A stretch of 63,960 bases of DNA, filler included, from Phoronis australis (lineage: Eukaryota; Animalia; Phoronida): assembly GCA_002633005.1 (NCBI GenBank). It is 9 parts of 9 records of this genome, joined end to end, with 100 filler letters (N's around TTAATTAATTAA, not from the genome) between each part and the next. Parts side by side here need not be neighbours in the genome. Positions count along the whole stretch, not along the records: positions 48,162 to 51,593 come from NMRA01001929.1; positions 51,694 to 54,320 come from NMRA01003544.1; positions 54,421 to 57,645 come from NMRA01003140.1; positions 57,746 to 61,837 come from NMRA01002703.1; positions 61,938 to 63,960 come from NMRA01001398.1; 4 more parts are not named here. One strand, written 5' to 3'. Under the pieces are notes generated by a model. It was not told the DNA's origin. It did not search any database and worked only from the letters and a program-made list of their open reading frames with translations. This document shows positions 50,718 through 63,905 of this stretch, in pieces; the first letter of the stretch is position 1; each line of letters starts with the position of its first letter. A program made the translations under genes and the position numbers.

Positions 50718-51165
50718 TTTTTATGCGCCCACATATTTATATGTGGACGCATTATGCCGTCATCTCCGTCCGTCCGTCCGTACGGGCGGCGTCCGTCCGG
50801 CGTCCGCTGCTCTATCTCCAAAACCCTTTAACATACGTTCATGAAATTTGGCACATATGTTCCAATCATGAATGGGACGGCATGTGCGAACGTTTGGACG
50901 GATCCGACTACTGGTGTGCCCCCTAGTGGCAATTTTAGTTTTTTACGCTTACCTTTGTACAGCACACATCACAAATTTTTGGCCGACCGGTCGGAAATTG
51001 GTCGACGACCGGCCGTCGACCGGTCGTCTAGCCGACCACCAGCCGACCAACAACGGTCGGCTAGGAGCCGTCTGCTTAGTCGCCTCTGTGGTCGGCACTT
51101 GGGTCGGCTAATTGGTCGCCTAGCGTAGACGACGAATTCAGATTAAGCGTGTCCTTGGTCGGCAA
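50718..51165 (+). mobile_element. Helentron/DINE-1-like non-autonomous repeat (HINE) in a TADA2A intron
   Basis: T-run start TTTTTATGCGCCCACATAT..ATATGTGGACGCATTA (short inverted repeat), then a (GTCC)n microsatellite, then ATGAAATTTGGCAC. The 3' boundary is uncertain. Confidence 0.6.
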
Positions 51166-52665
51166 TTAGCATTTTATGACTTAGCGGGTGAACTTTGGAC
51201 AAACAAACATTTAACTGTTCGATGTTCGTTTACCAGGGGCAACTCCGGTCTTGACATTGGTTTATCAAATTTTGTTCAACTATTAAATGGAGGTAAAATC
51301 CCATTATATGGTGACAACATCTCAGCAAAATTTGGTTCACTGATATCAAAATTCCAAAAACATATAATGAAGTGAAACCAATTCTGATCATTTGTCTTGA
51401 CGTTTACGCAACCTCGAGGGAGAACGTTTGATTGAAGAATCTGGGAAAAAGAAATTGACTAATAGGTGACGCAATATTTCATTGCGTCGAAAGTCGACGC
51501 AAAAGGTTATACCCAAATTTTAGCAGCAGAATAATTGTAGAAAACCAAATTTTGCAACGCTGGTAAATAATTTAGATTATTCTAGGAAGATTTNNNNNNN
51601 NNNNNNNNNNNNNNNNNNNNNNNNNNNNNNNNNNNNNTTAATTAATTAANNNNNNNNNNNNNNNNNNNNNNNNNNNNNNNNNNNNNNNNNNNNCTAATTT
51701 GAATGGAAAGATAGGGTATTTTTTACTCACTGATTATTCCAACCTGTTCGCTTACTAAGTACTCGCTGTCATTGTGTTTCTTGTTACCACTTTATGTCAA
51801 TGAAATGTACATCATCAATGTATAAAGCCTACACCACATTATTTATTGCATGTTATAAAAGATAAAGTGTTATTGCACATCTGTCAGTAATCTTCAATCT
51901 TATACTTAATATTTACTGTGTACTCTATCTTACTTTACACAAGGAACTGGCCTTTAACTTATTCTTTAAAGCCCCACACAACACTGATTAGATGAAGCAG
52001 GAGTCACAAACTTCAAAACAGAACAAAACCAAGCAAGCAGCAGTAAATGTTCTTGTGGTGAATCAATCAGTGGACTCGGTTTGATCATTTGTAATATCAC
52101 TAACTGTGCGTATTAAAGAAACAACCTTCCACACCAAAACAATGGCGGCATTGCATGGGGCTTTAAATGAAGTGCATATATGCAAAGCAAACTCACTGGA
52201 ACCTCTGCTGCTCTGTGTCTTCATCCATAAATACGGGTTTGCAGAAGCCAGTCATGTTTTAAATGAATGTAGAAATTTGAATCAGTATCTGGGCTTATAA
52301 CACCTAGCCTTGTATGTAACAGCAGCTGATAATAATACTAAAACAACCAGCGGGGATAGCACCGTGTGGAATGTTCATGACCATTAGCAGGGTGACCCAA
52401 AAACCAAACCGGCATCAATATGAAACCCTCCATAAATCCATTTTTGAAATTTGGTAGACTTAAACATCAGTCTATAGAATTTCCACACTTTTTAACTACG
52501 AAATAAAGCACAGAACTCCTTTGTTAATGCTTTCTGAAACTTTATGAATAAATTTGGGGGCTAATTTTTAGGTCAATCACTTTTTGTACTGTGACTGTCA
52601 TGATCAAGACAAACTAGAATACATAAATATCCAATGATGAAGTGTTGAACCAAAAGTTTCTTGTG

Positions 52666-53395
52666 TCACTTTAACGGATGGAACCATCGGACCACCTTAA
52701 TTCCAGTCTCCACAACGATGACAATCATGGGTCCCTCACCATCGTCACCTATGTCCATGTAAACACCTCGGCTGGAACTCTCCTCAATATGAATCACTGC
52801 ATGGGGGTTGCCAAGGAAACTAGTCATGTAATCAGACTTGTCAGGCATGTAGTAAACATTGATCTGACCTGAAACACAGAGATTGTGACGGGAATTAGCT
52901 ATAATAAAGATTGAAATAGGCCGACCTTAAAGGTGGCCGTAATTAAAGCTTTGCTGGTACAATATCTGGGTCAGAATTAATTTACAAATGAATTCCTGAT
53001 GATGGAATTATGAAGTTTATAAATATCAAAATAATACTTGAATATTTTAAAAATATATGGCATAAAGGCAAAAACAAATAATTCAGTATTGTCAACTAGA
53101 GGTAAAATTTATCTGAATTTGATCACTCCAATCCTGTCAAGAAGACTGAAATACAGTCTAACTACAGTTTTTGGCTACATCCAAAATCATTTTGAGATAT
53201 CGAAAAATTGCAGAACACGAAAGTCAGCAACTCAAAAGACAATCATTATCATAATAACACTACCTGACAAAAATGCTACTGCCAACAGAGGTCCCCACAA
53301 TGCAAGCTTCGTGGGTTTACTTCCCACTTGAATCATAGTGTTCCAGCTGGCCCATGTACAGCCATCATCTATACTGGCATGGATGAAGCCATTAT
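52666..53395 (-). CDS. Last two exons (53395-53264, 52868-52666) of a beta-propeller-like (WD40-type) protein
   Basis: Phase-1 junction, open to TGA: NGFIHASIDDGCTWASWNTMIQVGSKPTKLALWGPLLAVAFLSG|QINVYYMPDKSDYM...GPMIVIVVETGIKVVRWFHPLK*. Short beta strands separated by turns. A further exon is possible at 54161-54098. Confidence 0.7.
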
Positions 53396-54869
53396 CTGCA
53401 CAGATAAATAACTCATTTTTTCAGCCCCCGCTTTTGTAACCCACATCACATGAGTACAACTAGTAAGACTACTAAAGGGAAACATCAGTGCTACTTGGTT
53501 TGCCTGGCATGAAGCCAACAAAAATGACGTACTAACCAAGTAAAAATTCTTCAATTTCGTACACAATATGGCGGACAGGTGGAATTTCATTTTGTCAAAT
53601 TTATCACGAAATATATTTTTTCATAAAAATTTGCTTTTAGCATGGTGTACCATTTATTGGTAAAATTATGAGCAATTGCAACAATGTGGTAAGCCTCTGA
53701 AAAAACAGAAATATGGTAACTTTAGCCATTATTTTTGTCCCAAATTGAAGAGTTATTACAAAATTGTTCAAAAAAATGCAAAATTACTTTGTTGTGCCCC
53801 GTTGCCTCAGAATGTATGAAACTTTAAGACCATAATTTCACATGTTGAGGCAGTTTTGCACAAGTCCCACTAGTGCCACCTAGCAACAGGAGCCAAGCAA
53901 GAGACATGATTAAGACAACAGCAGGGTATTAGCTTTTACTTGAGTGGATACAGCCCATAAAAACAAAATACCATGAAACCTGGAAAGCAATCGTTTTCTA
54001 TGCCACCTTCAGTAAAAAAAGCAGTACCCTAGCTCTCTTCTGAACATTTTTTAATGTCAGTGGAAGACTGTCAAATAGCAATGTGGCCACTGATTACCTG
54101 GGAACGGATAGCAGTGGCCTGTAGAGGATGAGGAGGCACTTTATAACTTTTGTTTAAATCACTGTAACATTTTTGACGAAAAATGTTAGAATTATGTAAC
54201 GATTAATCGATAATTAAATTATGAACAACTGTGTTAATTAATAACAGTTAACTATTTTGAAAGTCACAAATATTTTAGAACAGGACTTGTTATTGTAAAC
54301 AACTTGTTGTGGTAAACTTGNNNNNNNNNNNNNNNNNNNNNNNNNNNNNNNNNNNNNNNNNNNNTTAATTAATTAANNNNNNNNNNNNNNNNNNNNNNNN
54401 NNNNNNNNNNNNNNNNNNNNCCGTCAAATGATAAGTGAAGATGGTTTTCGAGCCATGTTGCGTCACTGCAAGATCGCAGCACAAGCAACAAAAAGTTGTA
54501 TTGAATAGAGTCTGAATAGAACACCATTGCGTGCGGGTGTTTTTTGCAGCTGTTTGAGTTAAAACTGAGGTGATTCTCGCGGTGACGTAGACAAAAGCAA
54601 GCCAATACGCCTAACAGTTCGTTACATTTGGCAATTTATGGCACTAGTGGGCTCAGAGCGATACTCTTAACATACTGTAAGAACCAAATTTACATGTGTT
54701 ACCGTTGAAGATAGGCTTTAACTGAACCGTATTTCAACATGTTTTAAATTTCAAGGAAAAATGCAGGAGAATAAGAGAAATGTGGGCAGTCATTAGGTGC
54801 TGACGTCACTGCTTACATGTTCCATCACGTCATGTCACGTTCATCATGATCGCTTTCCGTGAAACTACC

Positions 54870-56450
54870 TTACAACTAGTCACTTTCCTCTTCCACTTCA
54901 CAAACATCGGTGAGCAAGATATCAACCAGTAAGTTTGGTAAGATAGGACCACACGGCAACACAGATTCTAACACTTCTTCGTCGGTCCGTATCCACCCTT
55001 GTCCTTCGTCCCAAGGTTTTGGCTTTTCAATTACGAGTTCGCAAGTGTGCTTGTACAAAGGGACACTGTGATTTACTCGTTGGATGTGAGGTTTCCGTGC
55101 AGCCAGGCAGGGGGAAGTCGAGCAAGGTCAACCTTTGACTTGTAGGTGAGAATTTCATCTTCACCAACCACATTGCGCAACATCGTGGTATGAGTAGCAT
55201 CTATCCATTACCCACGACTCATACATGAAGCAAGTGAATTCCTCCATCCCTTTCAAAACTTCAGAACCTACAACCCAATCAACGCCAAATTGCATGAATG
55301 CTCGGCGACTTTTTGGATTCTTTTCCAGCTTTTTAAGGGGCTAGCCTTTCATTCACCTGGTGCAAACTTCTCCAACGTATATATATAAAATCCAAGTACA
55401 GTTTCACAGTAACATTATCCCAAGGATTTTGGCCAGGTCGGAGAGATTCAGTAGTCACTGAAGTTTTCCAAACTCTGTATCTAGATATACCAATCAACTT
55501 TATGGCATAAGTATGATGCAGCAGAATTACAAAGAAGAATTCAGTGTAAAGGGTTCTGACGCCGCGTTTCTGTACCCAACTGAGACAACGTACTGGAGGT
55601 TCAAAACAATTCTTGTGTCTCTTCTTGATTGCTGTAGATATGTGGGTGCTCCTAAACATGAACCTGAAACATCAGATTAATTTATTGTATGACATTGCAG
55701 ATTATCTTAAAGTAAGAAATACTCAGAAAATTTTGTTCAGAAAAAAGATTGTGGACTTTCCTCGCCATCGAATGTAACACATACATGGGCTTTTCCGTCT
55801 ACAATCAGGATGACCATCTCGCTCTTCTCCAACCTGGAAATTGCCTTCTCACCACTCCAGACTTACAGTAACAGTTGACAGATTTAATACGATGAATGTT
55901 TTCAGTCATCCAGTTCTGTCATAGTATAAGAATCAATAAATCTATTACTGGACTTACGATACGTGGAGATGGCAACGTAGGACGCAACGTAGCCATCTCC
56001 AAGTTAACGGAGTTGTTGTCACCGTTTTCAAGAATGGTTTTGAAGTCGTATGTTTCGTGTATGTTGTCCACCCACGATTATGTTCTCTGAACTGCCACGT
56101 TGCAACTGTTGCTGGGCTTTGATAGATTCAGGGAGATAGCTGACAGTTGAGAACAAGAAGTGCTTCTTCGACGCCATCGTACTTGTAAATAGATCTCACC
56201 ACATATTGGAGGGAGATTATCCAACGTGCGGAGAAGTGTCATGCCATCTTGGATGAATAGAGCGTCCTGATGATAATGAAAGTCTTCTGGAGCAATGTCG
56301 TCCAGAAGATAATGTAAAAAGGAGGCTGCGTTGGTCTTGAAAAATGCTATCTGTTGTTCCACGATGGAGCTTCTACTTGGAGACTTCGTTGTCGGTTGCG
56401 ACATGCACTGCTTTATCTTTGGAAGTTTCAAAACCAGGCTTGACCTCTTT
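54870..56450 (-). pseudogene. Academ-like transposon protein C-terminal remnant
   Basis: Fragmented minus-strand pieces ALFIQDGMTLLRTL, VLKGMEEFTCFMY, KVDLARL/PC..RKPHIQRVNH and GQGW...PCGPILP resemble the nuclease-fold C-terminus of Academ-type proteins. Many frameshifts. Confidence 0.55.
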
Positions 56451-59400
56451 AATCACGATTCCTCAAGCACTGTTGACGGTCATCAACAAACGAAGAAAAA
56501 CAATGAGTTCTGGAGGCAAAAGTTTTACAATATCCAGTTCCATATAATGGGCTGTTAATGACCACAGTAGTTCTGAAGACTGTTTGCATGCCTTCCAATT
56601 GTCATCTTAAAGAGTGAGTGCAGTTTTCAAACGTTTACCTGTACTTCCTAAACATTATGCTTGTGCTAAAGCAGATGAAAGGTTATACGTGATCTGTGAA
56701 ACAGCCAAAATGCTAGCGTCACCTCTGTCAATTGTTGTGAAGATAACCTGGTTTTGCAATGGACCTGTTTTGAAACGATTCTATAGCTTCTCAGAACGGT
56801 ACCTAAGATTCCCATGCCCGTTCCGTTTTAGTTCCGCTACGTAAAGCAAACGGAAGGAAGAAACTTTGATGACATCATTTTGTTGGACGATGTGAGTTTT
56901 AAGCAGCGATAGTTTGTTGCATTCCTGTTCCTCTCACATTGCATAATGTTGTAAAATTGCCATGTTCACTTACAGAATCTAAATGAAGAATACACACGAG
57001 TAGATGCTGATCTTTGGCTTCAGTTGATAAGCTTTGATCTCGTTTTCTTTTAGGCATGATTTTTACATCTGCCTAGATAGCTGCCTTAATTTCGATTGCA
57101 GTCCGATTTCCCAGTCCTCCACATTAGATTCGTTCTGACTGACATGTCAACAACCGATATGTATATTTTTATGTTAGTTTGTATTCAAGACGTGTTTTAC
57201 GTCAAAAGCTGATTTCAAGCTTTGATGTGTTATCATGCGACTGTCTTAGAAATAATGTTCCTCTTTTTAAAAGATGAGAAACATTGTTTCATATATTGAA
57301 CCTAAAATATATTGTGGTTGGGCTGCACCATAAACATGACGCCACAGTTTGTTTTCATTTATGCCGTCAACATCAAAGTCCTAAATTTGGATAAAAACAG
57401 CGGATAATCAGCCCCACACAACATTTCTGTTCCATATTTTGAGTGTTTTGTACATGTAAGATAACTTTTATCACTTACTCGTAGTTCCAATGTAATGTTT
57501 GACCCACAAAACATAAGCCCAGATATTTAGCTTTTTCAATATATGAAATAGTCGGGGAAATATGGCGAAATATAGCAAAATCGGTAATGGCGGCACTAAT
57601 TTGCATAAAAAGCATGCGTGGGACAATGTTTCGACTTGTTAACATNNNNNNNNNNNNNNNNNNNNNNNNNNNNNNNNNNNNNNNNNNNNTTAATTAATTA
57701 ANNNNNNNNNNNNNNNNNNNNNNNNNNNNNNNNNNNNNNNNNNNNAGTGTTAGCTGTGGTATCTTCATCAGCGCGTGCTGTCAGCGGCAGGTCGCCGCTT
57801 TATCCACTAGCGCTCGACCAACGACTGACGGGAGTCTCATAACTCCCACACGCAAATTTGATAATAAGAGAGTACTTGACTGCTGCGCCATCTATACATC
57901 GACGGAAAAGCTAAAATACCCGTGACTGCGTGTGGGAAGTTACGATTGCGTACTCTGAAGTCTATATTTTCAAAGTACAATTACACCACTGTTTAAGGTT
58001 GCAAAGTGAGATTTTTGATATCCTTCTATAGAAAAAGCGTATTCTCTCTTATGAAATCATCTTTTTCCTTTTAAACGAAACTTAAGTCCTGAAATTAGTC
58101 CGGGGAAGGAGGCCAAAAACGACGGTTTAGCTAGTTGTCACTTCCTGGTTATCTCTTCCTGCTAGTATGTTTATTACAAATATTTACAAAACGTGGCAAA
58201 ATCAATGCTCCAAATTTGAAGATGATCATAATTTTTAAAATTTTATATAAGGCGATGTTTTCTCAAATGAGACAATATTATTTAGTCTCAAAGTGTGCGG
58301 AACGGTTCCGCACTTTTTTAATATCCACTTAGGGCCATAAAAAATGGAATGTAACAAATCTATACCTTACCCTAAACACGTTTACAATGTTACATTTTTA
58401 TTTCCTCAATTAGCATTTTCTTAATTAGAAGTTCAATTTTTGCCTTGCGGAATATTCCGCAAATCGTTTCTGGTGCTATTATTGATGAATTTTTTAACGA
58501 AACCAAGACAAATCAAAAACACGCCAAATGGCCTGTACACGAAGTGGAGGCAATCATGCACTAATTTTCGTTTTCTCATGAATATTAATAAGTTCATTTC
58601 AAACGACCACAGCATAAAACTAGGCTACGCATGCTGAACTCAAAACCGTGGAGTCGTGAGAGAATGACATCCAATGAGGTATTGATGACATCATCAGGCA
58701 GTATAGTCTGCAGGATCAGCTAAAATAGAAACTTGCAGCTTGTCTAGTTCTCTCATGTGATATTGCGTATGGTAAGCCATTAAGTGGCATCGTTACCCAT
58801 TTGACTGGGTCATTATGTAGGACAAGTTTTGCATTCTATTTCGAAATGTCTGTAGATACACTTTAAACTTCAGTTACAAATATCCCGCTTCGGACGCTCA
58901 GCGCAAAAATCTTGCCTGCACTACATGTATAATACCGTGTTCACGATAGATTTTGTGAACATTCGAAATAGCTTTTAAATGACGAAATGACGTTTCATCA
59001 ATTACACCTCCTTTTATTCATATTTTGGGTGTAACCCCTTCTTTGGTTTCTTTATTATGGCGCGTTAGCTTTGCGAAGTCATTGACTGTACAGAACTGAT
59101 TGATCAAATGTAATAAGATTTACCACTACACACTTGATTTTTTTCACTAGTTTAAAGTTTGCCATTTCGGCTTGTGAGCGCTGCGTGGGACAATAAGCTA
59201 CATGTCATAAACTGCAAGGCTAAAAAGCGGTAATTGACAAATTAAAATAAATAGTACGTGGCCTTTGAACGTAAACGAGACATTTGAATTAAGATATCAA
59301 TCATTAAAAACAACGTACACTCTTTTTATAGTACAGACGCAAATAAAATAACAAGCGCTCGCTTGATCTGAAGCCGGAACTAATGTATAAAACTTACAAA

Positions 59401-60190
59401 TGAATCATCTTATGCCTAATATGTGTTTTCACAGTAAGCCTACATTAAATGCGTATTTCTCGACATGAACCACCAATGTTAAATGATATTCACTTGCAAT
59501 ATAAGCCATGTCTCGACCAAAATTAGTTACCTATCATCAGTACTGTTGAAACAAAAGGATTACACTAGAAACATGTCGTATTTACAAGTAAATTTCAGAA
59601 CAAAAACTCAGGCGCTATAACGCTTAAAATGCCTTCGAAAATTTGATGTGCTCACAATTCGAAGGACTTCATCTGCGGCGAAGTGAACTAAAACTGGGCA
59701 CACTGTCGAGTAGGATTCTTCAACTCAATATGCACGTTCCACTAAAGCGAGCGGAATTACCTTCCGTTTTGAATCGTCTTTGGATCAATTTCACTGTGAA
59801 AATGGACAAAATGGATCAAAACGTACTTAAATGGTCTGGAGCCCCGAACTGCTTTGAATCGAGCTTACTTTGTCGCATGTTAGGCCACATTTAAGGTGGT
59901 AAGTTAAGTACATGTATAAATTATTCTAAACGCTTTGGTAAAACGAAAACATGCTTGGAGAAAGGTTCATATTGAATTTAAAACGTGTGCTACTTGAACA
60001 CTGTATCAACGGCTAAACCACTTTCGGGAAATACAAGTCATCTTTAAATCTACACTAATGGATCAAAAGCTATTTCTTGAGCATAATATACCGTCCATGT
60101 AGAACAGATTGCTGGAGCTGCCAGGTCCTGTTTTTCAAGCCCACACCAGCACAAACTGTTGAGTGCAACTTGTATCATTTCCTGAAAATA

Positions 60191-60503
60191 GGAATCGGGG
60201 CCTTAGTTGGAGACGATATAATATTTAGCAATTGAAAACTGAGACAGAAGTGTTCATACAATCAACAGTTTTGTACCAGATGTTACTTTTGGGACCTCAT
60301 TGCATGTTTAGTGTTATTTATACTGTTGCAATTGTATTACTTTAAACTATTTTCGGAAAGTTTGGTGATCGAACTGGCTAACAATGTCGAATCGACATTG
60401 ACCTACCTTTAAACTTTCCATGTCAGAAGGCAGTTGAAGTAGTGCAGGAGGTGAGTACGGAAAACAGTATCAAGTGGCCGCATTGCAATAGACTGATTTC
60501 AAC
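60191..60503 (+). repeat. ~300-bp dispersed repeat (copy 2 of 34750-35049)
   Basis: Colinear similarity with 34750-35049. Confidence 0.85.
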
Positions 60504-60987
60504 GCCTCTAGAATAAAACGTAATGCAGCGACTGGGCGAATTTGATTATTTATGGAATACCACATAACAACTCAGCTTTGTCTCCGACAACTAACTAGTA
60601 ATGCTTGCGTAAGTTCAGGACCGATGACCTTTAATCAAAAAGACGTATTTGGGCCGTTGGTAATATATATTCGATATCACGGTGGTTGATTTGACTTTTT
60701 ACACGACGGTTCATAACCAACTGTTGTGATCATGGTGACGTCCCAATCAATTGGTTAATAAAATGGAACCTGTTAAATACGCACACTATAGGTCACATTA
60801 CGGGCAAAAATTAAATCACGTTGTTTTCGAGTGCCGTTGTGATTGGTTCCATGATTCAACTGATCGTTGAAACCTCAATTCCGATTACTTCTTGCACGTG
60901 TATTGACTAAACGTCACCAGCATCATCGTCACAAGCTAACGAACTCGTGCATCACAAGTCGTTAAAGGCGGCACTTAGTGTGTTCCA

Positions 60988-60996
60988 TATATAAAA
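60988..60996 (+). promoter_or_regulatory. Candidate TATA box
   Basis: TATATAAAA ~130 nt upstream of the signal-peptide ATG at 61123; an acceptor TTTTATTTCTCAG ends at 61114. Confidence 0.45.
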
Positions 60997-61122
60997 CGCG
61001 CTAATTCAATACTTCGGTGTAATTGTGGTAGCTTTGGACCAAACCTTGGATGACGGAACATTATCGCAATTCTCTGACGACACATTTATTTTAAATTTCC
61101 ATTTTATTTCTCAGACAAGACA

Positions 61123-61740
61123 ATGGAGATAAAGAGTCCCTTCCTTCTGTCTGTAGTGCTAATTGGAATGGCAACAGCTGCACCTAAGCAGGTAAGAATC
61201 TATGGACGTGGAAGCTGCAATCTAGGAAGAAATCACCAATTTACTTAGTTACATATGAGATATTGTGCAACAGCTATGGGAATATGATATGTTGGTTTCG
61301 ATTGATTTTGACAAAGATATCTTTCGATATAGCTATCATTTGGACTAAACATCAAGAAAGGGTTGCCGCTGTTGAGAAAGCGGTGGAAGAACGGGCTTTG
61401 AGAGGGAGCCCTCATCAAGTAATTAGTTAAAATTAACAACTTATGCAAGCAGTTGACAGATAAGTGCCAGACAATTTGGACGTACCAATTAGAAAATAAT
61501 GAAACTTTCTTCTTTTTTTTCAATAAATACTGCATGTCGTTTAATGTCAACTTAAGTTTCTAACCGTTTAGATGTGCTGAACAGGCTGACGTTGCTGCCC
61601 AAAAACGTAACAGTTTGTGCATTAACTGCAGTGCAGTGAAAGCGAACGAGACAGACATCGTGAGAACAGGAAAATGCAGCCGTGCAAACCAGAATAATTG
61701 CGATGCAAAATATGCCAGTAACTTGCATACTCTGGATTAA
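61123..61740 (+). CDS. Small secreted prepropeptide candidate (exons 61123-61191 and 61585-61740; optional exon 61317-61418)
   Basis: MEIKSPFLLSVVLIGMATAAPKQ (signal peptide, CAG|GTAAG donor) joined in phase 0 to ADVAAQKR-NSLCINCSAVKANETDIVRTGKCSRANQNNCDAKYASNLHTLD*. The downstream splice choice is inferred. Confidence 0.55.
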
Positions 61741-63743
61741 GTTAAAAAATTCATCAATTGTCTATTGCCCGTGGCAGGTAAAATACTGCGACTACCAAAC
61801 GACCTCACGTAGGGATCAAATGAATTATGGGAGCACCNNNNNNNNNNNNNNNNNNNNNNNNNNNNNNNNNNNNNNNNNNNNTTAATTAATTAANNNNNNN
61901 NNNNNNNNNNNNNNNNNNNNNNNNNNNNNNNNNNNNNGGCATATTAATGCGTAGAAACGGCGCACAACTAGTGACTGGTTTAACATGACAAATACACATA
62001 CGCGGTCTGAAAATAGTGAAATTCAGACACCTATTACCAAGCCTGCCTGAAGGGCTGACAAAGTTTTTATTGTATTAATTTCAAGGGCATGGAGTCTTCT
62101 ACATGTCCATGTTATTATTTTTAGTTTTCTCGCGGGGGCAGCTTCGCTATAAGGGTACAACTTACTGCTGGTTTTTCACAAGAAGGAAAGGTACCTCCAC
62201 GGAAACAGTTCCAGTGTTACCATGGTAACAGATATTGCAGTGTCGGTGCCGTTTTTACTGACATTGGTCATGAACCTATCGTGTGATATCAAAATTGTTC
62301 AGAAACGATTCTGTTTGAAGCAGAAACTGGAGTAGAAAATTTGGTCAAAAATGACTCATTCCACAACAAGAAATTGCCTCATTTTGCCCCCAAGAACACT
62401 TCCCTTGTATCTCCTAAACCACCAAACTTTGTGGGGTCATACTTCACCCAATTTCTCTCATCCCTAATGTGATTTATCAGACTAAACATGGATCTGAATG
62501 GCTGACCCCACACCTTGCCGCTTGTTGGCTGTACAGTGGTCGGTGGATCCGTGGACTGATACTTAATTAGTATATCTTACTAGTGTAACCAATCCCTAGT
62601 GACAATGCATGGTTGTTGAATTACCTTATTAAGAACGTCTAGACTGGCCACCTCTTGGTTGAAGACACCCCTTGAATTTCTGCGATGCTTGTGATAATGA
62701 TAACAATGAGTCACACTGGTTTATTGCAGCTCAATGCTGGAAACGTGACACCACACATTCTTTCCAAGAAAGGGCATTGGGCGCACCTTCAGTTAGGAAA
62801 ACACTGTATTTGAAATACTGTTGAACGAATTCATAAAAAGAGGCCTACCTTCCGCCTATGATGCATTGACCTTTATAAAAGATTAAAAAACATTCATGCT
62901 ATGAACATTCCCACTAAATAAGATTGGTCCTAACCCCAGTGGTTAAGGTAAACGGTGGGGTGTGGAAAATTGAACTGGACCGTATTTATCCACCTTGGCT
63001 GAGTCGCACTCGGCTCACGATCAAAGGGATGCCGCCAAGCTGCTCTAGTCATCGAGTCACGAGCGAGGATAATTGGCTTCGCTCATGCCGATATGATCAG
63101 CTGATTACAATCTAGCTAGCAGACTGTACTTTTTATGGAGAGAGTTTTACGTAGTTTTTACTGTAATATTTGAAAAGAGGAGCGAAAACAAATATGAGTG
63201 CAACTTTGAATTTTTCAAATCGGCCCAGGATAAGAGATTTTGCAACACAGCAACACTCACGATTACTTTCATTCAGCGCGCACGAATACAAAAATATAGG
63301 ACCCAAGTTATTTAGATTTTGGAACACATGCATTGCAATATTCAAAATACGTACGTTTATTATGAATCTTACAAGCTGTAAAACGACGTTGTTAATTTCA
63401 TTGTGTTCATTCATTGTCATCCGTCAAATCGACAATTTCCGAGATGTGATCTGCGGCGTGCGCGTATGTGTACAAAACACGTGATTGTTACTGAAGTACG
63501 AAAATTAAGAAGGCTTTAGCATGCCGTTATTATTGACAGGGACACGATAAAACGTGAATTTTGATACAGCGAGCTGGCTGACCACTGCGTCAGTGTCTCC
63601 GTTAGACCCAGAAATTTCACACAGCCCGGGTAGTTCACCTCGTCCCCAACATGTAGATCGAGCCTTGGACTATTAATACTCCACGGCAGAGCTAACGACA
63701 GTCGGCCTGTGCACACAAAATCTGTGAGCTAACCAGCACTCAC

Positions 63744-63905
63744 CTTGCATGTTGCAGCCGTTTAAGTGAAAAACAATCTAGTAAACGCCATTTTCTTGCA
63801 TAATCCTCCGCCTTTTGTAACAAAAAAGTCTGTCGTCGATGACCCGCACACGCACGCTCACTCACTCTCATACGCAGACGAACTTCAAAACAAACGTCAC
63901 GTGAC
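63744..63905 (-). promoter_or_regulatory. Candidate promoter and first exon of a minus-strand gene
   Basis: Palindromic GTCACGTGAC (63896-63905), YY1-like AAAATGGCG (rc of 63786-94), then ATGCAAG|GTGAGT strong donor after 63744; locally CpG-rich. Confidence 0.4.

Noticed and set aside
61274-61420. In-frame TGA after CRC suggesting selenocysteine
   Set aside because: That frame is already closed by a TAA upstream and I see no SECIS-like element.
21987-61937. Recurrent TTAATTAATTAA palindrome inside N-runs, and the apparent adjacency of Schlafen (possible tRNase) and EFL1 (ribosome GTPase)
   Set aside because: The motif is a synthetic six-frame-stop linker. The two genes are on different contigs, so no linkage or system can be inferred.
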